A stretch of DNA of 63,152 nt, filler included, from Platydemus manokwari (lineage: Eukaryota), in assembly GCA_037951405.1 (NCBI GenBank). It is 6 parts of 6 records of this genome, joined end to end, with 100 filler letters (N's around TTAATTAATTAA, not from the genome) between each part and the next. Parts side by side here need not be neighbours in the genome. Positions count along the whole stretch, not along the records: positions 9,610 to 19,431 come from JBBMOY011200322.1; positions 19,532 to 32,235 come from JBBMOY010008904.1; 4 more parts are not named here. One strand, given 5' to 3'. Below, piece after piece: positions 13,100-23,700 of the stretch (positions are counted from its first letter, which is position 1; the number at the start of each line of letters is the position of its first letter). The position numbers were made by a program, and so were the translations under genes. The notes below the pieces were generated by a model. The model saw only the letters and a program-made list of their open reading frames with translations. It searched no databases and had not been told where the DNA came from.

Positions 13100-13750
13100 A
13101 TGGCGACCAACGTCCAGTATTTTATCAAACCTCCAGAACAATTAAAGGCAAAAGATGATTCAGACAATTCATCACCAAAATGAAGAGATTCTTCGAATTG
13201 ACACAACAGCCAACATAATTTGAATAAATACTGGTAAAGGCTTTTCTCGCGATAGAATTTCTACCAATATACAAGGCCACCGAAGGAAGAGAGGCTTAGA
13301 AAAGCATTAAGATACCGGAAAGTAAAGGAAGAAAATTGTAATAAATTCTTAGAAAGAATCGAGAAGTTAACATACGATATTCTCCGGGATAAATTAACCA
13401 ACTCATTATTAATGATGTTTTTGAGTCAAGACACAATTGATAATGGGGAAATAAAAAAAGAAATAATAATGCGGGACGTAAAAACAGTGCACCAAGCAAA
13501 AGATATCATTCAGGAGATGGAAAACATTTAAAAAGAAATCGAGGGTGAATAATCATTTGCTGCGATTCATAAGGTGTCTCAGCAGATATAACAAAGAATA
13601 AAAAGTAATGAAATGCTCCAATAGGGAAAAGCTAACTCTCAAGTCGTCAGCATGAAAAGAAAAGGTAATCGCCAAATGGACGATATCAAAACATGTGGAA
13701 AGAAACTCGACGATTTAAGATGTGTAGACAAGATATTGCTTAGATAATTT
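13100..13750 (+). mobile_element. Gypsy-type gag relic
   Basis: MATNVQYFIKPPEQLKAKDD/FITKMKRFFEL...FLERIEKLTYDILRDKL...DNGEIKKEIIMRDVKTVHQAKDIIQEME with stops and frameshifts. It starts at TAACA|TGGCGACC, which also looks like an LTR end plus primer-binding site. Confidence 0.6.
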
Positions 13751-14697
13751 TGAATACAGACCTAAGTATTGAAAATCTAATGTTATTTTATCGATCACTT
13801 TCAATGATTTAGAAAAATGTTGAATCGAAGATAGAAATCTTATTTTTTTAACGAGATCGGCTATAAAAATCATTCAATAACATAAAAATTATGTCAAACA
13901 TGTTTATGAGATTATATATAATAAATATAAAAATTTGTATTCATGCTGTTTTATCAATTCTGCAATGTATCATTTCATCTGGTACTGAAATTGTAGCTAA
14001 TTATGCATGGAATGGGTCTACCGCAGTTAAAACTGTATACAGTTGCATGTAACTCATTTTCCTAGCGACTTCGATGTCCTGATCGCAATAACTAGAATAT
14101 GATAAATCTCTGAAGTAGCACAAAAATTAACACGAGAGCATTTATCATTCATCGAGTATCGAGTAATTATACCGCCTAAATAATATATAAATAAAAGTTA
14201 TACGACATATAAAGAACGGAAAACTAGAACAGCAGTATTCTATATTACATTTCCATATGTGACTTTACGTCCAAGCTGCCAAACCAGACTTCCAGGCTCT
14301 CTATTTTCTTTGAATCTATTAACAATAAAGGGTTTAGCTATCTACCAGTGTAATAATCGAAGAATAACGTATTGATGATTATGATATACATTTATTGTGT
14401 AACGGTAACTATTCGAACTATAAACGCTTTGCAATCATGATAATGAAAAAACCAAAAAATAAAATCTCATTGGCACGATAATTGTCAAATAGTCAATTCA
14501 ATATCTATCAAACCTAATATTCAGGCTGGACCGATAATTATTCATCTCAATAATAATCTTGGCACTATTCCAATCTCTGAGATTTCTGTTATGTTGAATA
14601 TTAATATTTGATTAGATTAAAGTAGGCCGGATAAAATGTAATTAATAATTAATTTTTGACAAGAAAACAAGAATTCCATTGATTAAAATATTTAATA

Positions 14698-15136
14698 CAG
14701 TCAAGCCTGTTTAATATACAAGAAGTGAATACTGAATGTGATGATTTTTCGTGTATTGAAATAAACCCAAAATTTGACGAACATCTCTTGTTTAATTTGG
14801 TCGAAAATTATGAAAATGAAGAAACAAATGATAATTTCATTGAAGAGGTGGAAGAAGATACAGTAAGAACAGAACTTGAAGCCTATCAGTATGCAAGAAA
14901 ACTTGAAAAATACTTTTGAGCTAATATTTTTGATAAGATGAACAAAGTATGGGATTTGATTGAAGAAATTCAAGGAGAAAAAGCACATTTCTAGACGAAT
15001 GAAAATCACAGACTTTATTGTGTGTCAAAGAAATAATAATGGAGATAAATAGGTTTAATAAATACTTTTTTGTGAAATCTTTGATATTGTTATGTTAAAT
15101 TGGAACGCTAGTGTTCATATTGAATGGGGTTGACTG
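14698..15136 (+). mobile_element. Internally deleted pogo/Tigger-type DNA transposon (439 bp) retaining the transposase C-terminus
   Basis: Imperfect TIRs CAGTCAAGCCTGTTTAATAT and (reverse complement) CAGTCAACCCCATTCAATAT, flanked by TA and TG. Inside is an acidic tail EEVEEDTVRTELEAYQYARKLEKYF...MKITDF matching the pogo/Tigger KQxKITDF-type end. Confidence 0.7.
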
Positions 15137-15693
15137 TGTTATAATTCATCTTGAAATTTATTGATTCACAATTCGGACGTGAAAATTACCCATAGATCGC
15201 CTGGTTTGAGATTTCGTTCACATAAATGGTTCGTCCTAATTCATGCAGCACCCTTCCGACTGCATACGATGATGACAAACTTTTTAAAACTAAAGAAAAC
15301 TTTTCGATTTTTTTCATTTTTAAACACCAAAACACAGCTATCTCACGCTTCGTGAATGATTTCTACTTTTGAAGCCAACGTGAATTGTAGAGTACAACAG
15401 AAAAGATTTATCACCATCACAATCCATGAGAAAAATATTTCAAAAATGTATCACTGATGATTGGTTACGGAATTCCACTCAATAAATATTGATATTACAA
15501 TTACGTCATCGGCCATATCTAATATTTCAATCACAAACATTTCCATTGATATTAATAGAAAAAATCGATAAAACAAAAATGTTGTTGATGTATATATATA
15601 TATATCAAATCAATATGATATGGAAATACAAAAAATATCCAATAATCGAAAATGATATGCAAGTATTTCATAGAATGATCGAAAAATAATTCT

Positions 15694-18039
15694 TTAAAAC
15701 AATGTACTGACTGATTGTTGGGACGATTTGTTCGATTTCTTTTTCCAAGTCCCAGAAAGTCTTTGCTTCCAAGTCACTTTGCCACTTTTTCGATTAGGAA
15801 GGGATAAGCTCAGATTATCTTGACTGATCGGTTTATTCTAAACGATATATCATTAAATGCCCTTGAACATACAATAAACAATATCGTTTCTATTTATGTA
15901 TTTGATTATTGATCGATCGTTTTATTTTGACAAAGCTCAGATGTCAAGTTGAAACGTTCAAGAGATACAATGAACTTTTATTATTATTAGATTTGTTTTA
16001 ACAGATCGAAATCAATAATTTAAACGAAACAGTTATCGATAGACTAATATTTAACTGGAAATATATCTAGAAAAGAAATAAATCAGTTGGTTTTATTCCA
16101 ATAGGGATAAATATGAAAAAACTCAGTAGAAAAACTTAACCGCGTCTATAAAGTATTTTTCTTTCATTTAAATACAAGATAATGTTTTTCTTCATCTAAA
16201 TAAGCTTCGCTAACTCTCTACGAAGGAAGCCTAGTAAGTTTTTCTCGTTCTAGAATTTCTTCACATATCATGCGACGTTGCTTAGAGATCCTTCTTCTAG
16301 GTGATCTATTTAATGTATTTATAAATCATATGAAACCTTTGTGGCATCTTAAATAATAACAATGACTCAACCATCAGGGGTAATGATGTGAAATTAAGCC
16401 ACAGTGAATATAAAGATGAATTCGATGTTCTATGTGATATTAATGAAGAGATCCCATAACCTTTGGAATAATGAAAAAACAAAGTTTGAACGATGAAGAT
16501 AAGATGTTTAATAAAATCGGAAAAGTTTCGGGTTCTGTCCTTAATGTACACGATAATTGATTTCCATCAACAAGTCAGAAATGAATACATGTTTGATGTT
16601 CCCGATATTCAGGAAACAAATCTTGCCTTAATTCATTCAGAAATGTGTTAAATAATATTGAAATGGCCCAGAACAATCAAATATAAAGATCAAACCCATC
16701 ATCCCGATAAGGTTTATCTTTTTGATTGGTTTTAATTTTATTTTTAATATCAACACAAAGCCAAATTATTAAATTTTCGGTTCTTCATTATTTGATTATA
16801 TTTTTAAAGATTTACTAAATCTGACAACTATTATTTTCCTTGTCTCAAAAGATGGATTCTCTCCTTTTATATTATTATTATTATTTTTAATATCTCTATT
16901 AATATCGATATGCTCCAGTCTAATAGTATAAGCCGCTACTATTTTATAAAACACTCATCGAAAATCAACTGAAAAGACACGACATCAACTTATTTAATTT
17001 AAATGCTCACATCCTCCTCCCTTTAAAATCTTTGATTTTCTTTTTATTCTTAACTGGCATTATATCGTATACTATACACATTTCCCTACATAAAAAACTT
17101 TAGTTCTTCTATCTGTTTCATAGCTTCTCTACAGCTTCTTTATATCTTCTTTATATGTCTTCTCTATGTAATCTCAACATCTTTCTCCTCTTTTCCATAA
17201 ATTTCAGTCATTGATCTTCTCAGAATCGTGTCCTGGCTTGAACCGAGCCATGTAAACCGCTACTATTTTACAAAATACGCATTGAAAACGAACTGAAAAG
17301 ACATGGTATCAAAATATTTAATTAAAATGCTCGCAATGAGTAATCACGCAAAAGATTAGAAATCATCATTTTCAGATAACTCAATAATTGATCTCTCATA
17401 ACTTAATAGTATTTCAAATCGACACGTGCATTTCTCGGTTGATGATTATATTGATAATTTATCAGAAGATATATTCAATTCAATTCAAACAAAAAATAAA
17501 TACCAAATCAGCTGAAGAACTGAAAGTGTGATTTCTGACCAATCCCATCTCTGTAATGGTGGACACTGTCAGCTTGATCAGAGAACATCTGGCTGTCATT
17601 TGAACTAAAACATCTTGTGAAGACCATCTTAAATCGTAGTCATCCATCGACAAAACCACATCTCCAACTTTTAAACCACTCTTTTCCGCATTACTGTTTT
17701 TCTCCACATCGACAACTTTCATTGGGCCTTGACCTTGTCAGAGTTACATCATATTTCTTCCACTTGTCAAAATGAAAATTACCTTTGACAGTGAACCCGA
17801 ATCCCATTTTATGATCTCTGATAATCACCACTATCCGTGCCATACCGATTTTCATTCGAGAATTGAACGTTTCAATCGGTCCTAAAGATTTGAACAGATC
17901 TGGTTCCGTTTTCTGTGAAATGATCTGATGGAATAGCATTTGATTGCAAGCACTCGGTCGTGCTTCGATTTGCAATTCTGGACAGGTCAATAAATCGTAG
18001 GCGTCGTAAATGTTTAAGGAATGCAATTGATCAAGCCAC
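15694..18039 (-). CDS. RHPN: Rhophilin (end of BRO1 region + PDZ + tail), 5'-partial; exons 18039-17783, 17733-17504 and probable last exon 15837-15694
   Basis: Splicing out a 49-bp intron gives DLFKSLGPIETFNS...RIVVIIRDHKMGFGFTVKGQGPMKVVDVEKNSNAEKSGLKVGDVVLSMDDYDLRWSS. This matches the rhophilin pattern DFFxxLGPLxxF...GFTLRG...DCKW. The phase-0 donor at 17503 fits a phase-0, stop-terminated exon NKPISQ...SVSTLF*. Upstream exons were not found. Confidence 0.85.
16140..16660 (-). pseudogene. Exon-like decayed gene fragment inside the last rhophilin intron
   Basis: An in-frame ~31-bp GT-AG intron joins ...MPQR|SPRRRISKQRRMICEEILEREK; stops and frameshifts on both sides. Confidence 0.3.
16920..17335 (+). 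repeat. Tandem pair of a dispersed repeat family (core TGTAAxCCGCTACTATTTTAxAAAA...AACTGAAAA)
   Basis: Cores at ~16927 and ~17251; the same core recurs at ~33493, ~33825, ~35157, ~35552 and inverted at ~35740-35870. Confidence 0.85.
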
Positions 18040-19194
18040 CTTGTAAGAAAGAGAAAATTCAATAAAATAACGTCATGATATCAATGTTGTGGTTTGTGAT
18101 TTAAGTGATCAAGACAATTTGCGTTAACCCATTGTAATTCTCATAATTTTTTAAATCATTATATCTCAACATAATTAATTTTCATTCTCATTGGACCTTA
18201 AATCACTACAAATCTTCCAATTCAAAATCCGCGCATAATTATAAACTATTGATATAAATATTTCAATACTAATATTCACCATTGATTGCCCCAATCACTA
18301 TATTATCAAATCTGTGCTTGATATTTTATAATATTCAATGGTTTCTATAATTGTTTTAAAACAACGCTATTTATTCCATAATTCCCGACATGTTTCAATT
18401 ATTGATTCCCTAGATATAATCAATCAATCACATCACATCATATCACCATGAAAATATGATAAAAACCGTTGCGTTTATGAAACGATTCTGATTTTCATTG
18501 ATTCTTTTATTGGATTTGTTTTAATAAAGTACGATATTAATCATTACACCAGTCTTCTGATTAATATTGTTCACAATTAAACAAAACCTGGCATTGGAAA
18601 TAATTGATTAAATCATTTGATTTCAACTTTTATAGAAACGGCCTTCAGAACAATCAATAAATATTTGTAATCATTCAAATCACCAAATTAACAATATGGC
18701 CAATCATCAACTGCACTTTTTACAAACCGACTTTCCACACAACCATCACTAGAAACAAGCTCATTGTAATTAATAGATGTAACGCAACAACAACAACGGT
18801 TTATTTTTAACATCAAAACCAATATTTGTTAATCCAGTTGCACGATTATTACACGATCAATAACATTTATGTCAATAATAAATCAGCAAGTCGAGAGTTA
18901 GAAGACCAGTTGATTACGGCGTGTAAAGATTATTTTAATATATATTTGCGTGTGTGTGTACATGTTGTGGGATTGAGAAAAATTGTCTGATGTTTTAAAC
19001 TTAAAACCATAATGTATAGAAATAGCTCAAATCTGTTATCAATTAATTTGAACTTCTTAATCAAATTTATAATCAATATTATGTGTTTTCAGTGTTTATT
19101 GAATTTTTACCTGATGGCAGCCTTTAAATGACCACACTGACACATTTAGTGAATAATTTTATATTAACAACGCTTGATAAAATATATAATCATA

Positions 19195-19431
19195 ATATTT
19201 AATAATAATAGTAGTAATAATTAATAATAAATTAATCATAACTTTATAATGACAAAAATGCCACGAACTTTACCATAATAAGAGTAAAAAATTAATAAGA
19301 ATTACAATAACAAAGATGACTAGTTCATAAATAATAATAATAGCATAATAATAATAATAATAATAATAATAATTTTAATAATAATAACAATAACATTAAT
19401 AATAATAATTATTATAACAATAATTATAATA
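19195..19431. repeat. Degenerate (AAT)n microsatellite at a contig end
   Basis: Runs of aataataat leading up to the linker. Confidence 0.9.
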
Positions 19432-19531
19432 NNNNNNNNNNNNNNNNNNNNNNNNNNNNNNNNNNNNNNNNNNNNTTAATTAATTAANNNNNNNNNNNNN
19501 NNNNNNNNNNNNNNNNNNNNNNNNNNNNNNN
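19432..19531. other. Artificial contig linker
   Basis: 44 N + TTAATTAATTAA + 44 N. Confidence 0.98.
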
Positions 19532-20246
19532 TGATATTACAATACATTCCAATGATTATTGAAAATCAGATTGTTTTTTTGCAAAATTAAGTGATCTTGA
19601 ATCTCTAAGCTATTTGTGATAAATCTGATAAAACAGAGTTTTTGAATGTGATTAAGTTAAAATAAATTATATTTTTATTAATAGTCTTATCATTTAAATA
19701 TTCATTGTTTAGAAAAATCGTATTAATATATTAATTCTTTTGCAATGCTGATTATCTTTAAATTTGTGGTAATATTTCAGATTATAATATATATTCCAAA
19801 ATATCTTAAAAAATTTTCTACTCTTTTTTCAAACATTATAGATTCGATAAACTTGTAAATATTATAAATTTGGATAACAGTAAAAAATATTGGGGAAAAA
19901 TAACCACGTGCGGTTCGACCGTTCCTGCATTTATAATATACATCTTTCGTCTATAATATATATTTTCATTTTATCTATTATATTTTAGTTATAATTACAC
20001 AATGAACTGGTAATAAATATGGGTTTAATTTTGACTATAAATTATTTTTGTTATCTTTAGTTCCTGATTATATTTATGTTGATTTCATATTTTGTGCTTG
20101 GTGATGTATTAATAAATAATAGATTTCTATTGTTATGTTTTTGTCTTTCCAAATGACGATATCACATTGTTTGGAATCCAGAAATCGTAGTGTTTATTAT
20201 TGTTAATAATTGTCGTCATCAGCCATGTATTTTGTTATAGAATGAT

Positions 20247-20549
20247 ATGAAGAAACATGAAGTATCTGGAGAAAGTTATTATACCAGTGTCAGTGACAAT
20301 TGTGATAAATATAAACGTCATTATAATACTTGCTTTTCCAATTTCCTTCAGCAATTTAGACACGGGAAAGAAATTGATCCATGTAAAGATAAGTTACGAA
20401 CATATATGAAGTATGAATTGTTATCGAATTTCACAACTCTCTGAAATCGTATTAGATGTTTACAAGTTGATCTAAAGCGACTTGGACTAACAATTAAGAA
20501 TCTGGATGAATCTGGAAATCCAATTATTGAAGATTTTACGAAGAAATAA
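20247..20549 (+). CDS. TRIAP1: TRIAP1/MDM35-like twin CX9C mitochondrial intermembrane-space protein; exons 20247-20410 and 20456-20549
   Basis: Removing a 45-bp GT-AG intron gives SVSDN-CDKYKRHYNTC-FSNFLQQFRHGKEIDP-CKDKLRTYMKC-LQVDLKRLGL. It has two CX9C motifs and follows the TRIAP1 pattern SVxxxCxxxKRxYxxCF...F..G...DPC...Y..C. Confidence 0.85.
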
Positions 20550-20715
20550 AACGTTTCATTCAATTAATGTGTTTTCCAATAAACTTAAATATAGGATTTC
20601 ATATTGTTTCTTTTCACATTCTGTATATGGGAATTTTGTTTAATAAATAATGTCTGTTTTGAATGTGTGTGGAATTTTGTTACACGGTTATTAAAATGTG
20701 ATTTTTAGGTGTCCG

Positions 20716-23700
20716 ATGATCAATCAAATAATTACCTATCTTCTCGACAAGATCATTGGGAAATATGTTGAGAACTTCACAACACTCAATGTTAAAACTG
20801 GAATATTAAAGGGTTTGAATTTATTTGTGAAGGTGTTAATGTTACTGCTGAATGATGATTTAACAGGAGATGTACGATTGGAAAATTTACCTTTGAAGAA
20901 AAGCGTTCTGCAAGACTTATTCGAATGGCCTATAATCATCAAAACAGGTAATTGTTAAATGAGATTTTTTCGAACAATTTTTTTGGTAAATAATGACATT
21001 TTAATAATTTATTTATTGATAAAATATTTTATTATGATAAAGAAAATTATTTGAATCTGTAATATTTGAAAAATACGCAAATGGGAAATTAAATAAAATA
21101 TTTTTTTTCAAAAATTAATTTTTAAAAATATAACTTTATATAATTATTAATTATTATTAAATTAAACATTATATAATAACGATTTTTATTTTAATTATTG
21201 GTTGTTCTGTTATTATTAAACTGTAATGTTTAAAAGGGTTTCTTGGTAGAATCAATTGGTAGTCCATTAATATATCGGTTTCGTACTCCTTTCGATTCAT
21301 TAAATTGCATACGGCACCGAATCCATCATTTAATAACTCGTTCATTAATATATTTAATCCACCGATCGTTTCATTTCCAGTTGGCACCAATGGCTATTGT
21401 CACTTAATATATGTACATTTTGGTTATTATTGGTAATAATAATAATTATTATTTTACATTATAAACATCAAAAGACTAAAGATTTTATTTTTTTTAATAT
21501 AACAAAGTGGATATTGGATTTAGCGGTATATTTTTTTGGCCTTTATAGAATAATATCATGAACAAGAATTTAAAAAAATATATTTTTTATTTTCCAAATT
21601 AATATCAAGTAAATTTTATTAATCTAGTATTTCTTATCTAACACGGAAAAGTATTTTATTAATTATCTGATTTTTTTTTCAATATTTATACTGATCAGGT
21701 CATGGTTTCCCAAAATTGAGCCCTGGTATACGGTGAATGGTTCAATTAACATTTGAAGTGCTTTGATATATTATTATTATTATTAGAAAATATTGTAATA
21801 AAATTTTGTATGTCAATTGCTCTCTTATTAACGACAATTGAGTTCAGTAAATCTATTATCCAGTTTTATTATACGATTTATTTAATCAATTGTTGTTTTC
21901 TGATGACTGATGATGATTGTTATAGAATTGAATGATTTGTTTACACGACAACTTTATTATTACTTTATAGTTCATTGTGTATTCTCGTAGGATTGATAAT
22001 ATTATGGAATAATATTATTATCATGAACTTATATTATATCTTGATTAATATTTTTAATCTTTGGTTTTTGGATTTGTAGGGCTTATTGGGCGAGTTACAT
22101 TGCGCATTCCTTACACTCGCTTTCGTAGTCAAGCATGGGCGATCATGATTGAAGATATTTATATTGTTGCCGAACCAAGCGGTAACTGGAATTGTTCAGC
22201 AACCGAATTTCAAAATGAAAATATGATGAAAAAAATATTTTTGGATTCATTAGAGGCCAAATGGCGAAAAGTAGTATTTGTAGTGAATTAAAAAAAATAG
22301 ATTTAAAACCAAATAGAAAATTAAACTTGAAGTAGATAATGGGAAATCTGAATCGAAAATCTGGCTTTCATATGTTGCATCACTCGGTTATCGAGTATTG
22401 CGCAATATACAAATAGAAGTTCGAAACGTACATGTCAGATATGAAGACAATTTGACTATTCCATCACAGTTATTCTCTACAGGGTTGATTATTGACGAAT
22501 TTTCGACGAAAAGTTCTGATTTTGATTGGGTACTACGATTTTAGCTTTTTATAAGAGATGAAATATTAATTTTAACATAAAAATTTGGAATATTTGTTTA
22601 ATTTACTAAATCACCAATATAGATCATGAGATGAGTTATAACCAAAATGTTTAATTATTTGTATAATTATATTCTAACGATGTGAATTTAATTATTAATA
22701 ATAGAAAAAGAAGAGTTATTATTATCCATATCAATACATATGTATGTGAATACATTTAAGCGGTGGGACATACAAACCTATGACATTTGCATCGAAGCAC
22801 AATACAAATCTCTTCTGAATCGTGTTCCCATTTTATTATTAAGCGATTTACACCGTTTTACTATCTAGCCACGCTTGATGTCAGTTGCAGTTAATCGTTT
22901 ATTGTAGAAAATGTTAATATGCAAGTGATAGGATTTTATCCATTGTGAAATGATGTTCTGCTTAAGTAAACTAACTATTCGAGTTCATGCCGGTTACACA
23001 TTAATAATCTAATAGTTTACCATGTTGAATGAATCACATAAATATTAACATGGCCTCGTTGATTACTAATTCTGTCACATTCCCATAGATCATGATTGCA
23101 CAAATTTTTCCCCTAAAAAAAATCTGGTGTAATCATGGTATGTAATTAGTTAAAGATTATTATCAATAGTGCCTGTACAATCCGATGTTGATTTCAATAT
23201 TCAATATCATATTCATATGTAATTTATCTTAATTAATAAATTAAATGATTAAATTCGTTCTGATGATCTTTTCAATTAACTCTTCCCACACTTTGGTTTT
23301 TTAATTTAAATATTAAATTTATAACTATTTTCTATGCTACTTGTACAAGATGGAACAGATATTAAAGTTTTTATCGATTGAATTTAAGAAAGATGTATTT
23401 ATATTTCGGCGTTTAAAAATGGTTCCATGTTATGAGTTGTTTTCAACGAGATGGTTCTGTACTAATCATTCGTTTTTAGAACTTTGTTGAAGTCATTATG
23501 TTTGCAATAAATGCCAGTCATTAATCATCACAATGTCACTGGAGTTTTTTTTATTCACCGCAGTGTTTACCATTAATATATTTGATACCTCAGATTCTGA
23601 GATTCTATTTGGATAACTATAATATAAAATTATTTACTGATATATTCAATTCTATGATTATTTCGTGGATAAAATATATTTTGTATTGATTTCATTGAAA

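Noticed and set aside
18590-18750. Possible upstream rhophilin exon
   Set aside because: All three frames hit stops before a suitable phase-2 donor, and there is no BRO1 similarity.
19900-19930. CACGTG E-box and GGTTCGACC B-box-like motif upstream of TRIAP1
   Set aside because: Too short; no A-box or cloverleaf; cannot be supported as a promoter or tRNA from sequence alone.
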